From an uncultured Chlamydiales bacterium (lineage in GTDB: Bacteria; Chlamydiota; Chlamydiia; Chlamydiales; JAAKFR01), in assembly GCA_963699155.1 (NCBI GenBank), contig OY969414.1, positions 1,963,757 through 2,027,756 on the forward strand: 64,000 nucleotides of DNA, in the 5' to 3' direction. The notes under the pieces were generated by a model that worked only from the letters and a program-made list of their open reading frames with translations, ran no database searches and was not told the origin of the DNA. Shown piece by piece: positions 1 to 11,232 of this stretch; the first letter of the stretch is position 1, and each line of letters opens with the position of its first letter. Both the position numbers and the translations under genes were made by a program.

Positions 1-28
1 AACACTGGCTTTTAGAAAAGCTAGATTA

Positions 29-490
29 TCACTCCCCTCTGGAAGCCAGGGAGTTATATTCCAAAGAACACCCTTCTGAACAAATTTTATCGGCGTTAGC
101 TGAGGTTGGAGAGGGAGCACGGCTACTTTGTTCTGGCAAGGATATGATAGCAAAAACTGAGAATTTTAGAATAATTTTAAAGCGACGGAAGAAATTTACG
201 CAAATTTGTGTCCAAAGAAATGGTGGCGATACACTTGAAACAACCAATAGTACTCCTACATATGGACTGGCTGCTTGGAAGATAAGAACTGCTTTGTTTG
301 CTGCACTATTGGGCAGTAATTGATCACTTTTATTTAGAATCACGAGTATAAATAGTGCAATGGCGGATGCCAAAAAAAGTGTTCCAACAACTTCACCTGC
401 GATGCTGAGATTTCTCCTTATCTTTCCAGCTTCACTTAAACCGTCTGGACCGTACCTTCCATAAGCATCTGCTATAGAATTAATTGCCAT
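29..490 (-). CDS. Hypothetical Inc-like membrane protein
   Basis: 153 aa ORF with GGAGG RBS upstream, two adjacent hydrophobic segments, AT-rich. Confidence 0.55.
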   Translation of the reverse strand: MAINSIADAYGRYGPDGLSEAGKIRRNLSIAGEVVGTLFLASAIALFILVILNKSDQLLPNSAANKAVLIFQAASPYVGVLLVVSSVSPPFLWTQICVNFFRRFKIILKFSVFAIISLPEQSSRAPSPTSANADKICSEGCSLEYNSLASRGE

Positions 491-645
491 TATTAAACCT
501 CCATGTTTCTATCAATAATTATAGTAAAAATTTATAAAGCGACTATAAAGATTTGTTATCAAAAATGTCTTATTCCAAATTCGTGAAGAAGTTTGAGCAG
601 GGTTAAACCCTAAGGTGGGTTTGCAAAGGGGCCCGCCCCTTTCCC

Positions 646-809
646 GGATTGTGTACCGCTTTTTCTACACGTTTGGGCTAGCTGCGGCGGGCATCTTGCG
701 CGCTTTTTTCGTCACAAATAGCGCCAGGCTATTTGCTTCCTCAAAAAATCACGCAATCTGGCACCGCCTCGCTTTACCCCAAACGTGTAGAAAAAGCGGG
801 ACACAATCC
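646..809. mobile_element. 164-bp hairpin MITE-like element
   Basis: 32-bp terminal IR GGATTGTGT(A/C)CCGCTTTTTCTACACGTTTGGG (646-677/778-809, 1 mismatch) and inner stem CAAATAGC/GCTATTTG. Confidence 0.75.
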
Positions 810-1001
810 TTGCCGCGTGAGAGGGGGTATAGGGGGAGAGGCAATGCTGTCAAATTAAGAAAAACGGGCCTTCTTCGCTTCAGCCTCGGCTTCGTCACTC
901 GGCGCGCTTCGCGCGGTCCTGGGGGAGGGCTCGCCCCTTAGGCCATTTCAAGCTCTTCCATACGATCAGAAATTTGAGCAAGAAGCATTTCTTATAGGGG
1001 T

Positions 1002-1104
1002 AAAAAATAACAGGATCGGCCGGCCCCAAATAAATTTGGGGACCCCCGGCCGGCAGGATCCCGCAAGCGGGGCAGGATGGGGTCGGCCGATCCTGTTATT
1101 TTTT
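1002..1104. repeat. ~100-bp palindrome
   Basis: AAAAAATAACAGGATCGGCCGGCCCCA ... TGGGGTCGGCCGATCCTGTTATTTTTT. Confidence 0.8.
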
Positions 1105-1164
1105 TTTGCTGCAATAAAACAAGACCCTCAGCAGCCGAGCGAGCAGCCAACAGTCCTGACCATG

Positions 1165-1597
1165 TAGGCCCGACGCTGTGACCCTCGGCTTCAGCCTCGG
1201 TCTCAGGCGCGGGGGAAAGGCGCCGAAGGTCGCTCGCGGCCTCTTCGAGCCGCTGCCACTCCCAACGGCGCCAATTGCCGAGCCACACCTTCGGTGCGGT
1301 CTCAGTACTCAGCCAACGGGTTCTGCAACTGAGTGTCCCTGTCATCCTCTTCCATGCGCAATGCGAAACCTATAAGGACTCAGATAGAAATAAGATGGCA
1401 ACTTTCGATGATCTTCTGCCGAGTGACCACAGAGATAGGATGTATCCGAGAGCGACAATCATCAGGAAGTATGGCTCGACTATTGGCGCCGTTGGGAGTG
1501 GCAGCGGCCCATTGAGGGCCGCGAGCGACCTTCGGCGCCCCCCCTGCGCCTGTGACCGAGGCTGCGTCAGCAGCCGAGTGTCACGGCGTCGGGCCTA
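1165..1597. repeat. REPIN/MITE-like element with ~120-bp imperfect inverted arms
   Basis: Arm 1165-1285 is the reverse complement of 1472-1597 with a few mismatches and indels; TA at both termini. Confidence 0.8.
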
Positions 1598-2234
1598 ATT
1601 GATTGATTTTTTCACATACTCGAAGAGCAGCCCATCATTCACAGACAATGACAAGGCGACAGTCCTGACCATCTCTTTGCAACATAGAACCCACTCCGAA
1701 AGATCTATCCAAAAATGGGTGGGGAGGGGTCAAAAGGCAATGCTGTTAAATTAAGAATAGCAGTGAACAGAGAACGGCTTTTAGGGAAATAATAACCAGA
1801 AGGTGGCAGACCACTTGCCCTATTTCAGATTGGGAATGCAAAGGGTCTTGACCCTTTGCCGCGGTGAGAGGGGGGAAGGTGAGAGAGGGGCGCCCCGTTC
1901 GCAGGCAAGAGTGGCGAGGCATTACTCCCGAAAGATGTAACCTGAGATGCTTTCACTGCCTCAGGGTTTAACCAGCACCAGAAAGTGCGGGGCCTCGCGT
2001 AGCGAGTAGCCTCTCTCCCCCTGGAATAATACATAAATCCAGCCATGGACATAGCTAGAGGCCGTTTTTTCTTAATTTGACAGCATTGGGGGGGGAGAGG
2101 GGCGCCCCGTTCGCAGGCAGGAGTGGCGAGGCATTATTAACTAAAACATAAAAACAAGAAGAGTTTCACTGCCTGAGAGTTTAACCAGCACCAGAAAGTG
2201 CGGGGCCTCGCGTAGCGAGTAGCCTCTCTCCCCC

Positions 2235-2266
2235 AAAAAAAAGCCCTTTTGGCTAGCCAAAAGGGC
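2235..2266 (-). terminator. Intrinsic terminator of rplM-rpsI
   Basis: Palindrome GCCCTTTTGGCTAGCCAAAAGGGC followed by a T8 run on the minus strand just after the rpsI stop. Confidence 0.8.
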
Positions 2267-2299
2267 GAAGCACTCCAAGGAAAAGAGGAGGGGGATTCT

Positions 2300-2698
2300 T
2301 TAACGCTTGGAGAACTGGAAGCTCTTACGAGCTTTTTTATGGCCATACTTCTTGCGCTCTTTCTTACGAGGATCGCGCGTGAGAAAGCCTTCAGCTTTGA
2401 GGTCATGTCTGAGACCTTCATTGAGCTTGACGAGTGCACGGGAGATACCGAGACGAGAAGCAATCACTTGTCCTTCAATACCTCCCCCATTGACGCGGAT
2501 GATCAGGTCATATTTGCCTTCTGCATCGATCATCTTTAAGGGAGCAAGGATCGTTGAGCGCTGGATTTCGAGAGGAAAGTACTCTTCAAACTCACGTCCA
2601 TTCACGTCGATCTTTCCATTGCCATCGCGGAGACGAATACTGGATACGGCGCGTTTGCGGCGTCCGGTTGCGACTGTTTCTTCGAGTGCTTTTGTCAT
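2300..2698 (-). CDS. rpsI: 30S ribosomal protein S9
   Basis: [10 protein letters not shown]-terminus, [18 protein letters not shown]-terminus. Confidence 0.98.
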   Translation of the reverse strand: MTKALEETVATGRRKRAVSSIRLRDGNGKIDVNGREFEEYFPLEIQRSTILAPLKMIDAEGKYDLIIRVNGGGIEGQVIASRLGISRALVKLNEGLRHDLKAEGFLTRDPRKKERKKYGHKKARKSFQFSKR

Positions 2699-2722
2699 GA
2701 AATCATCCTAAATAAATCCAGT

Positions 2723-3169
2723 TTAAAGGTTAGTTACGACCGGTTTTTGGGCGCCATAGGGATGCTCATCCCCTTTGAAAATACGGAGCTTGCGCAGCTG
2801 CTGTTTACCGAGTCTCGAACGTGGCATCATTCCTTTGACACCATGACGGATGGCATAATCAGGGTGGCGCTCCTTCATCTGTCGATAGGGAATTTCACGC
2901 AGACCGCCAATGTGGCCAGTGTAATAGCGATAGAGTTTTTGCGCCTCTTTTGACCCCGAAACGACAATCTTATCAGCATTGATCACGATGACCCCATCCC
3001 CATTGTCGATATTGGGTGTAAAAGAAACTTTATGTTTGCCACGTAAAATCTTTGCCACTTCAGAGCAAAAACGGCCTAAAGTTTTTCCTGATGCATCGAG
3101 AATATACCAGCCGCGCTGGATCTCTTCTTTATGCACGAGGGTCGTCGATCTTTCTTTCTTTTGTTTCAT
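2723..3169 (-). CDS. rplM: 50S ribosomal protein L13
   Basis: WYILDASGKTLGR, LRGKHK, GDGVIVINA motifs; likely start is the ATG at 3169. Confidence 0.97.
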   Translation of the reverse strand: MKQKKERSTTLVHKEEIQRGWYILDASGKTLGRFCSEVAKILRGKHKVSFTPNIDNGDGVIVINADKIVVSGSKEAQKLYRYYTGHIGGLREIPYRQMKERHPDYAIRHGVKGMMPRSRLGKQQLRKLRIFKGDEHPYGAQKPVVTNL

Positions 3170-3237
3170 AGTGATCCGTCTTGTTTTGCCGTAGATAATA
3201 ATTTTTGGTCCGATTTTTGCCAACCAAAGAAAATTTT

Positions 3238-3660
3238 TTAGCGCATCTCTACGTAATAGGGTTTGATGATGTAGAGCGCGACTAAAATAACGATCAAGAT
3301 GAGTCCGGCTACGCCATGTAAAATTTTATAGAAAGTTCCCTTGGCAAAGTTTCTACGGACAATATTCCATCCGGCGGCCACGTCGCAAAGCATGAGTAGG
3401 AAAACGCCGGTCAATTTTAAATGGAGCCAGGGCTCTTTCCAATTGATCTCTTTTAAACAGATGACAGAGGCCCCTAAGGAAATAGCGAGCAGCATGGAGG
3501 GAAGATCGATCAATAGATACATGCGGCGGCTGATGTCGCCTACTCTTTGCCGCACAAGAGCTTCCTCTTTGGGAAGATAGGCCACCAAGCGGGTCAGCAT
3601 TAGGAGAGTGCCCACCCAGACGAAGACGAATAAGATATGCAGTAACTTTAGTATAGCCAT
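3238..3660 (-). CDS. hemJ: Protoporphyrinogen oxidase HemJ / CopD-family membrane protein
   Basis: LKLLHILFVFVW..L.L.RL and WLHLKL motifs, 4 TM segments, 140 aa. Confidence 0.7.
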   Translation of the reverse strand: MAILKLLHILFVFVWVGTLLMLTRLVAYLPKEEALVRQRVGDISRRMYLLIDLPSMLLAISLGASVICLKEINWKEPWLHLKLTGVFLLMLCDVAAGWNIVRRNFAKGTFYKILHGVAGLILIVILVALYIIKPYYVEMR

Positions 3661-3707
3661 AAACAGCCGCTAACCATAAAATATTAGACGAAAAATTTCA
3701 AGAAACG

Positions 3708-5024
3708 ATGAAAAAAAACCCAAAAACCTTTTACATGCGGACCTACGGTTGCCAGATGAATGAGCTGGACACCGAGATCATGGCAGGCATTTTAGATGCC
3801 CGTGGAATCAAGCAAACTGAAGATGAGAGTAAAGCTGACCTTCTCATCTTCAATACCTGCTCGATTCGAGATTTAGCTGAAAGGAAAGTGATGGGCAAAT
3901 TGGGCAAGCTCGGCCTGCAGAAAAAAAGAGAGCGGATCATCGGTGTGACAGGCTGCATGGCCAATGCGAAAAAAGAGAGTCTCTTTCAGAAACTTCCCCA
4001 TGTCGATTTTGTCTTAGGGACAAACAATATTCATGACCTCAATGCTGTTTTAGATGAGGTTCTTTTCACAGGCCTCCAAACAGTGCGCACTGACGAAGAG
4101 TTTACCCAAGAACTCGATTATACTGTCGCTAAACGGACAGACAAGCACAAAGCCTACGTCTCGATCATTCGTGGCTGCGATAAATATTGCACCTACTGTG
4201 TCGTCCCCTATACGAGAGGTCCTGAGGTTTCGAGGGCTCCTGAGTCGATCATCGAGGAGTGCAAGCAGCTGGTCGCAAATGGGTATCAAGAGATCACATT
4301 GCTTGGGCAGAATGTCAATAGCTATGGCAAAGATCAGCCTGAGTGGAACTGTCGTTTCAACGATCTGCTCTATCAGCTCGATCGCATCCCCGGTCTCAAG
4401 CGGATCCGCTTCCTGACAAGCCATCCTGTCGATATCACCCGCGACCTGATGGAAGCGATTCGTGATTTAGACAGTCTCTGTGAGCATGTCCACTTCCCTC
4501 TACAAGCCGGCTCTGACAGAATTTTGCGCAAAATGCACCGGATGTATACCGGACAAGACTATTTTGAGAAGATCGCATACTTACGTGAAATTGTCCCCAA
4601 TGTGGCTCTAGGAACCGATATGATCGTCGGATTCCCAACGGAGACCGAAGAGGAATTTTTGGAAACATTGGAGGCGATGAGAAAGGTTCGCTATTCCAAT
4701 GCCTTTCTCTATACATATAGCCCTAGAAAAGGAACTCCGGCAAAAAGATGGGCCGATGATGTTCCAGAAGATGTGAAGGATGACCGCCATCAGCGTTTGC
4801 TCGCTCAACACCAGCAGATTGCCTCTGAACTGATGCGTGACATGCTTGGACAAGAAGTGGAGGTTCTTGTGGAAAGGAGAAACAAGGACTCCCGCTATCT
4901 CAAAGGTTTGACGCGCTGCTGGAGAAATGTGATTTTTGAAGGAGATGACTCCCTGATAGGCACTCTACAAAAGATTAAGCTCCACAGTTTGAGTCATCAT
5001 ACTTTGATTGGCGAATTGACATAG
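3708..5024 (+). CDS. miaB: tRNA methylthiotransferase MiaB
   Basis: TYGCQMNE, NTCSIR, CDKYCTYC radical-SAM motif, TRAM C-terminus. Confidence 0.96.
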   Translation: MKKNPKTFYMRTYGCQMNELDTEIMAGILDARGIKQTEDESKADLLIFNTCSIRDLAERKVMGKLGKLGLQKKRERIIGVTGCMANAKKESLFQKLPHVDFVLGTNNIHDLNAVLDEVLFTGLQTVRTDEEFTQELDYTVAKRTDKHKAYVSIIRGCDKYCTYCVVPYTRGPEVSRAPESIIEECKQLVANGYQEITLLGQNVNSYGKDQPEWNCRFNDLLYQLDRIPGLKRIRFLTSHPVDITRDLMEAIRDLDSLCEHVHFPLQAGSDRILRKMHRMYTGQDYFEKIAYLREIVPNVALGTDMIVGFPTETEEEFLETLEAMRKVRYSNAFLYTYSPRKGTPAKRWADDVPEDVKDDRHQRLLAQHQQIASELMRDMLGQEVEVLVERRNKDSRYLKGLTRCWRNVIFEGDDSLIGTLQKIKLHSLSHHTLIGELT

Positions 5025-5037
5025 TCGAGGAAGAACT

Positions 5038-8288
<3,251 letters not shown>

Positions 8289-10217
8289 TTATTGGACATC
8301 TGCCGCACAGCGGAATCCATAGGTACTGTTAACTGTTCCAGGGTTATTGCGGTGGCGGTGTGAGCAGCGCAAGTCATCTTGGAGACTCTTCCAGCAGCCT
8401 CCTCTCAAGACACGGTAGACGCCTTGGAGAGGCCCCTTAGGATTGCGCGGTTCATTCGCAGAAGTTTCGTAATAGTTATAGCCATACCAATCTTGACACC
8501 ACTCATAGACGTTTCCTACCATATCGTAGAGGCCGTAGCCATTGGAAGGATAGCTCACGACTGGAGTTGTGTCTGAACTAAAAAAGTTGGCTTGGCTTTT
8601 TTCGATCTGTTCACCCGTAGGATAGGTGGCATGGTTGAGACCGCCATAGCAGGCAATTTCCCACTCAGATTCATAAGGAAGCCGCTTTCCTGCCCATTTA
8701 GCATAGGCATCTGCACCATACCAGGTCACTCCCACGACAGGATGTTTGGCATAGCCAGGCTCAACACCCAAGCGTCCGCCACTTCTCGTGATGCGAGAAT
8801 CTTTGAGGCGAATGAGATCAAAGTTTTGATCTTTTTCACCGCCCATATACTCTAAAAAGCGGACAAACTGCTCATTGGTAATGGGGTGGATATCGAGGGC
8901 AAAATTCTCTACGCTAATTTTATGGGCGGGCATCTCATCTCTATGACCGCTATTAGAGCCCCGCAAAAATTGTCCCCCTTGAACGACCACCATTTCCGTC
9001 TGGAGAGGTTCGATCTTTTTGGTCTCCTTTTTCTCGGGATTATAGTGGGTGATGACCGGATCTCTGTTGAGCATCGCATTGAGCTGCTGGCTGTAGTTTT
9101 CTTCTGGCTCAGCAGAGGGAGCCATTTTTGCCGGACTCAGGGTAGCGACAGTGGGAACCTCCACAGGGACGGGATGAACAACCGGCGCCTCCTCCATCAC
9201 CCTTTGAATGATCGGCTTCAATGTGCCAGCTTCTCGCTCCACCTGATGAGGGAAAGGTGCTCTTTGAGCGGCTACCTCTTTAAACTGCTCAACCATTCCG
9301 AGCAGGTGGTGAACTTCTCCACTTTTCTTCTGATCTAAAAGCGGAAGAAGCTCTGTCGGCCGTTTTTGCGGATCTTGGTTCAAGCAGCGAACCAGCAGCT
9401 GATCCCAATCAAATTGATACTCTGGAGCTATTGCTGAGGGCATAGCGAAAATACCTTCAGGGAATTTTCCGCTGATCAGATAGTAGACGATGACTCCAAA
9501 GGCAAAGATATCAGCAGAGAAGCCGACCTCTTCATAGAGCTTTTGCTCGGGAGCTAGAAAGGCATAGCTCTGCAAGAAGGAGAGCGTCAATTTTGTCTGC
9601 TTTTCAGCATCGAGCGGCCATGGGAGGTAACGGAGATCTGTGCAAGCTTCCCTCGGCAAAGCAGCTAGAGCTGCTGCTACCGCATAGAAGCTTTTCATCA
9701 CGACCTGAGGAGCTGAAATAATTTTCGAGAGTCCAAAGTCGGAAATGAAGACATCGATTCCACCATCTCCTCTTCCAATTAAGACATTATTCAGCTTAAG
9801 AGCGCGATGAGCGAGTGCTCCTTTGAGATGGGCATAATCGAGCGCATCGGCCAGCTGTTTCACCACACTCATGAGCTCATCCTCTCGCAGCCTCTCTTTC
9901 CTTCCTGCCATGTACTGCGCCAGGTTGGTCGTCTCCCCCAAAGAGTCGACGATGCAATCGGTCACTAAAAAGTAGAGGCCGTCAGCGCAAGAGACGTTGT
10001 GGATTTTGACAATATGGGGATGATCCAACAGAGCCAGTTTTGCCACCTCATCCTGAAAGCGTTCGATAAAACCGCGATCTTGAGAGAGATCCTTCGGCAA
10101 AATTTTGATGGCAAACTGTTTTTTAATGAAGCGATGCTCAGCTAAGAAGAGAGTCCCCAAAGCACCGGCGCCGATCTGTTTGATCAGACGATAATCGCCA
10201 AGAATCTGTTCGTTCAT
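8289..10217 (-). CDS. pkn1: Ser/Thr kinase with formylglycine-generating-enzyme-like domain (Pkn1)
   Basis: FAIKIL, HRALKLNN, SDFG kinase motifs; GLYDMVGNVYEWC and GFRC FGE motifs. Confidence 0.9.
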   Translation of the reverse strand: MNEQILGDYRLIKQIGAGALGTLFLAEHRFIKKQFAIKILPKDLSQDRGFIERFQDEVAKLALLDHPHIVKIHNVSCADGLYFLVTDCIVDSLGETTNLAQYMAGRKERLREDELMSVVKQLADALDYAHLKGALAHRALKLNNVLIGRGDGGIDVFISDFGLSKIISAPQVVMKSFYAVAAALAALPREACTDLRYLPWPLDAEKQTKLTLSFLQSYAFLAPEQKLYEEVGFSADIFAFGVIVYYLISGKFPEGIFAMPSAIAPEYQFDWDQLLVRCLNQDPQKRPTELLPLLDQKKSGEVHHLLGMVEQFKEVAAQRAPFPHQVEREAGTLKPIIQRVMEEAPVVHPVPVEVPTVATLSPAKMAPSAEPEENYSQQLNAMLNRDPVITHYNPEKKETKKIEPLQTEMVVVQGGQFLRGSNSGHRDEMPAHKISVENFALDIHPITNEQFVRFLEYMGGEKDQNFDLIRLKDSRITRSGGRLGVEPGYAKHPVVGVTWYGADAYAKWAGKRLPYESEWEIACYGGLNHATYPTGEQIEKSQANFFSSDTTPVVSYPSNGYGLYDMVGNVYEWCQDWYGYNYYETSANEPRNPKGPLQGVYRVLRGGCWKSLQDDLRCSHRHRNNPGTVNSTYGFRCAADVQ

Positions 10218-10253
10218 CCCTTACTTACCTCTTATTGGAACCTATCCCAAAAA

Positions 10254-11147
10254 TCATTGTGTTCGAGTTGATTGTTGGGATCTGTTCTGATTTAAATAGT
10301 CTTGAGCCGCGCTGACAGCCCTACTAAAATCGTAAAGCTCGCGCGCAAGGTCTACGATCTGCTGGGCCAATGCGAACTCCCCCTGCTCCACCGCTTCATG
10401 CACATAAAACTGGATATCTGCCCGAGGGATGGGCGCCCTTTGATCGACAATCCCTTTTAGATATGATAGGGCCGACTCTCTCTTTTTCTCTTCTTTGGCA
10501 AAAAGAATCAAAATCCGATAGAGACCCATATCTTGAGGGTTTTGAGCGAGTGCCAGATTAAGCTGTTCGATAGCGGCTTTCTGGAAATAGCTCCTCTCCT
10601 CCCCTACTTGCGTGCGGTGTGCGAGCCTTAAGTAGAGAATCCCTTGAGTTTTGTGAGCGATGAAACTATCACTTAGAGTGGGGTAAGAGCGATAAAAACG
10701 GTCAAAAAACTGTTCATATTGCCCTATATTGGCGTAAGCAGTGGCTAGTAAAAAATTGAGATGGCAAAAATCGGGATGATTTTGGGCGACGAGCTCATAC
10801 TTTTTCAGAAGTGAGTTTCCTGACTCAGTCGGATCGTAGCCTGTATAGGAAAGATATTCTTCCAACGCAGGGAGATAGTATTTTTTTTCCTCTTCGCTTA
10901 TTGGAGCAGGACTCCTCTTTTCGGCTAGATCTAACGCTTCTAAAAATGTTTTAAAGGCCAGATCTTGTTCCTGATCTTGATAGTAGGCCACTGCCAGTTC
11001 ATAGAGAATTTGGCTTTTCTCCTGAGAAGAAATGACAATTTCCAGCCGCTGTTTCTGCAAAGCAATCGTCCTCTTCACCGTTTCCGAATCGATCGCCGAA
11101 AGAGTGAGCGGCAGAACGGTTAAAAAAATAATAGATACGCTTCTCAT
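10254..11147 (-). CDS. TPR-like exported protein
   Basis: Signal-peptide-like start MRSVSIIFLTVLPLTLSA; helical TPR-type patterns. Confidence 0.65.
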   Translation of the reverse strand: MRSVSIIFLTVLPLTLSAIDSETVKRTIALQKQRLEIVISSQEKSQILYELAVAYYQDQEQDLAFKTFLEALDLAEKRSPAPISEEEKKYYLPALEEYLSYTGYDPTESGNSLLKKYELVAQNHPDFCHLNFLLATAYANIGQYEQFFDRFYRSYPTLSDSFIAHKTQGILYLRLAHRTQVGEERSYFQKAAIEQLNLALAQNPQDMGLYRILILFAKEEKKRESALSYLKGIVDQRAPIPRADIQFYVHEAVEQGEFALAQQIVDLARELYDFSRAVSAAQDYLNQNRSQQSTRTQ

Positions 11148-11232
11148 ATAGTAGTCTATCACAGCAAAATTTCGCCTGGTTGTCAATCTCGATCTTATGC
11201 TATTATATCAGTTTTTAAAAGTTGGATATCAC

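Larger units (their letters stand above)
842..2088. mobile_element. Non-autonomous element with IS4-like terminal inverted repeats
   Basis: CAATGCTGTCAAATTAAGAAAAA at 842, its reverse complement ending at 2088, a third copy at 1738; GGGGGAGAGG on both flanks (832-841, 2091-2100); no transposase inside. Confidence 0.6.
618..2234. repeat. Nested cluster of REP/MITE-like palindromic elements
   Basis: Several long inverted repeats and two copies of a ~140-bp cassette; the outer element is related to the intact copy at 46909-46990; no credible CDS. Confidence 0.85.

Noticed and set aside
615..2052. Short ORFs in the repeat nest (615-941, 992-1345, 1275-1598, 1825-2052)
   Set aside because: They are translations of palindromic repeats (shared peptides such as AASDLRR and GREATRYARPRTFWCWL) with no protein-family motifs.
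1883..2234. CRISPR array
   Set aside because: Only two units, long arms of unequal length, irregular spacing and no cas genes in the window.
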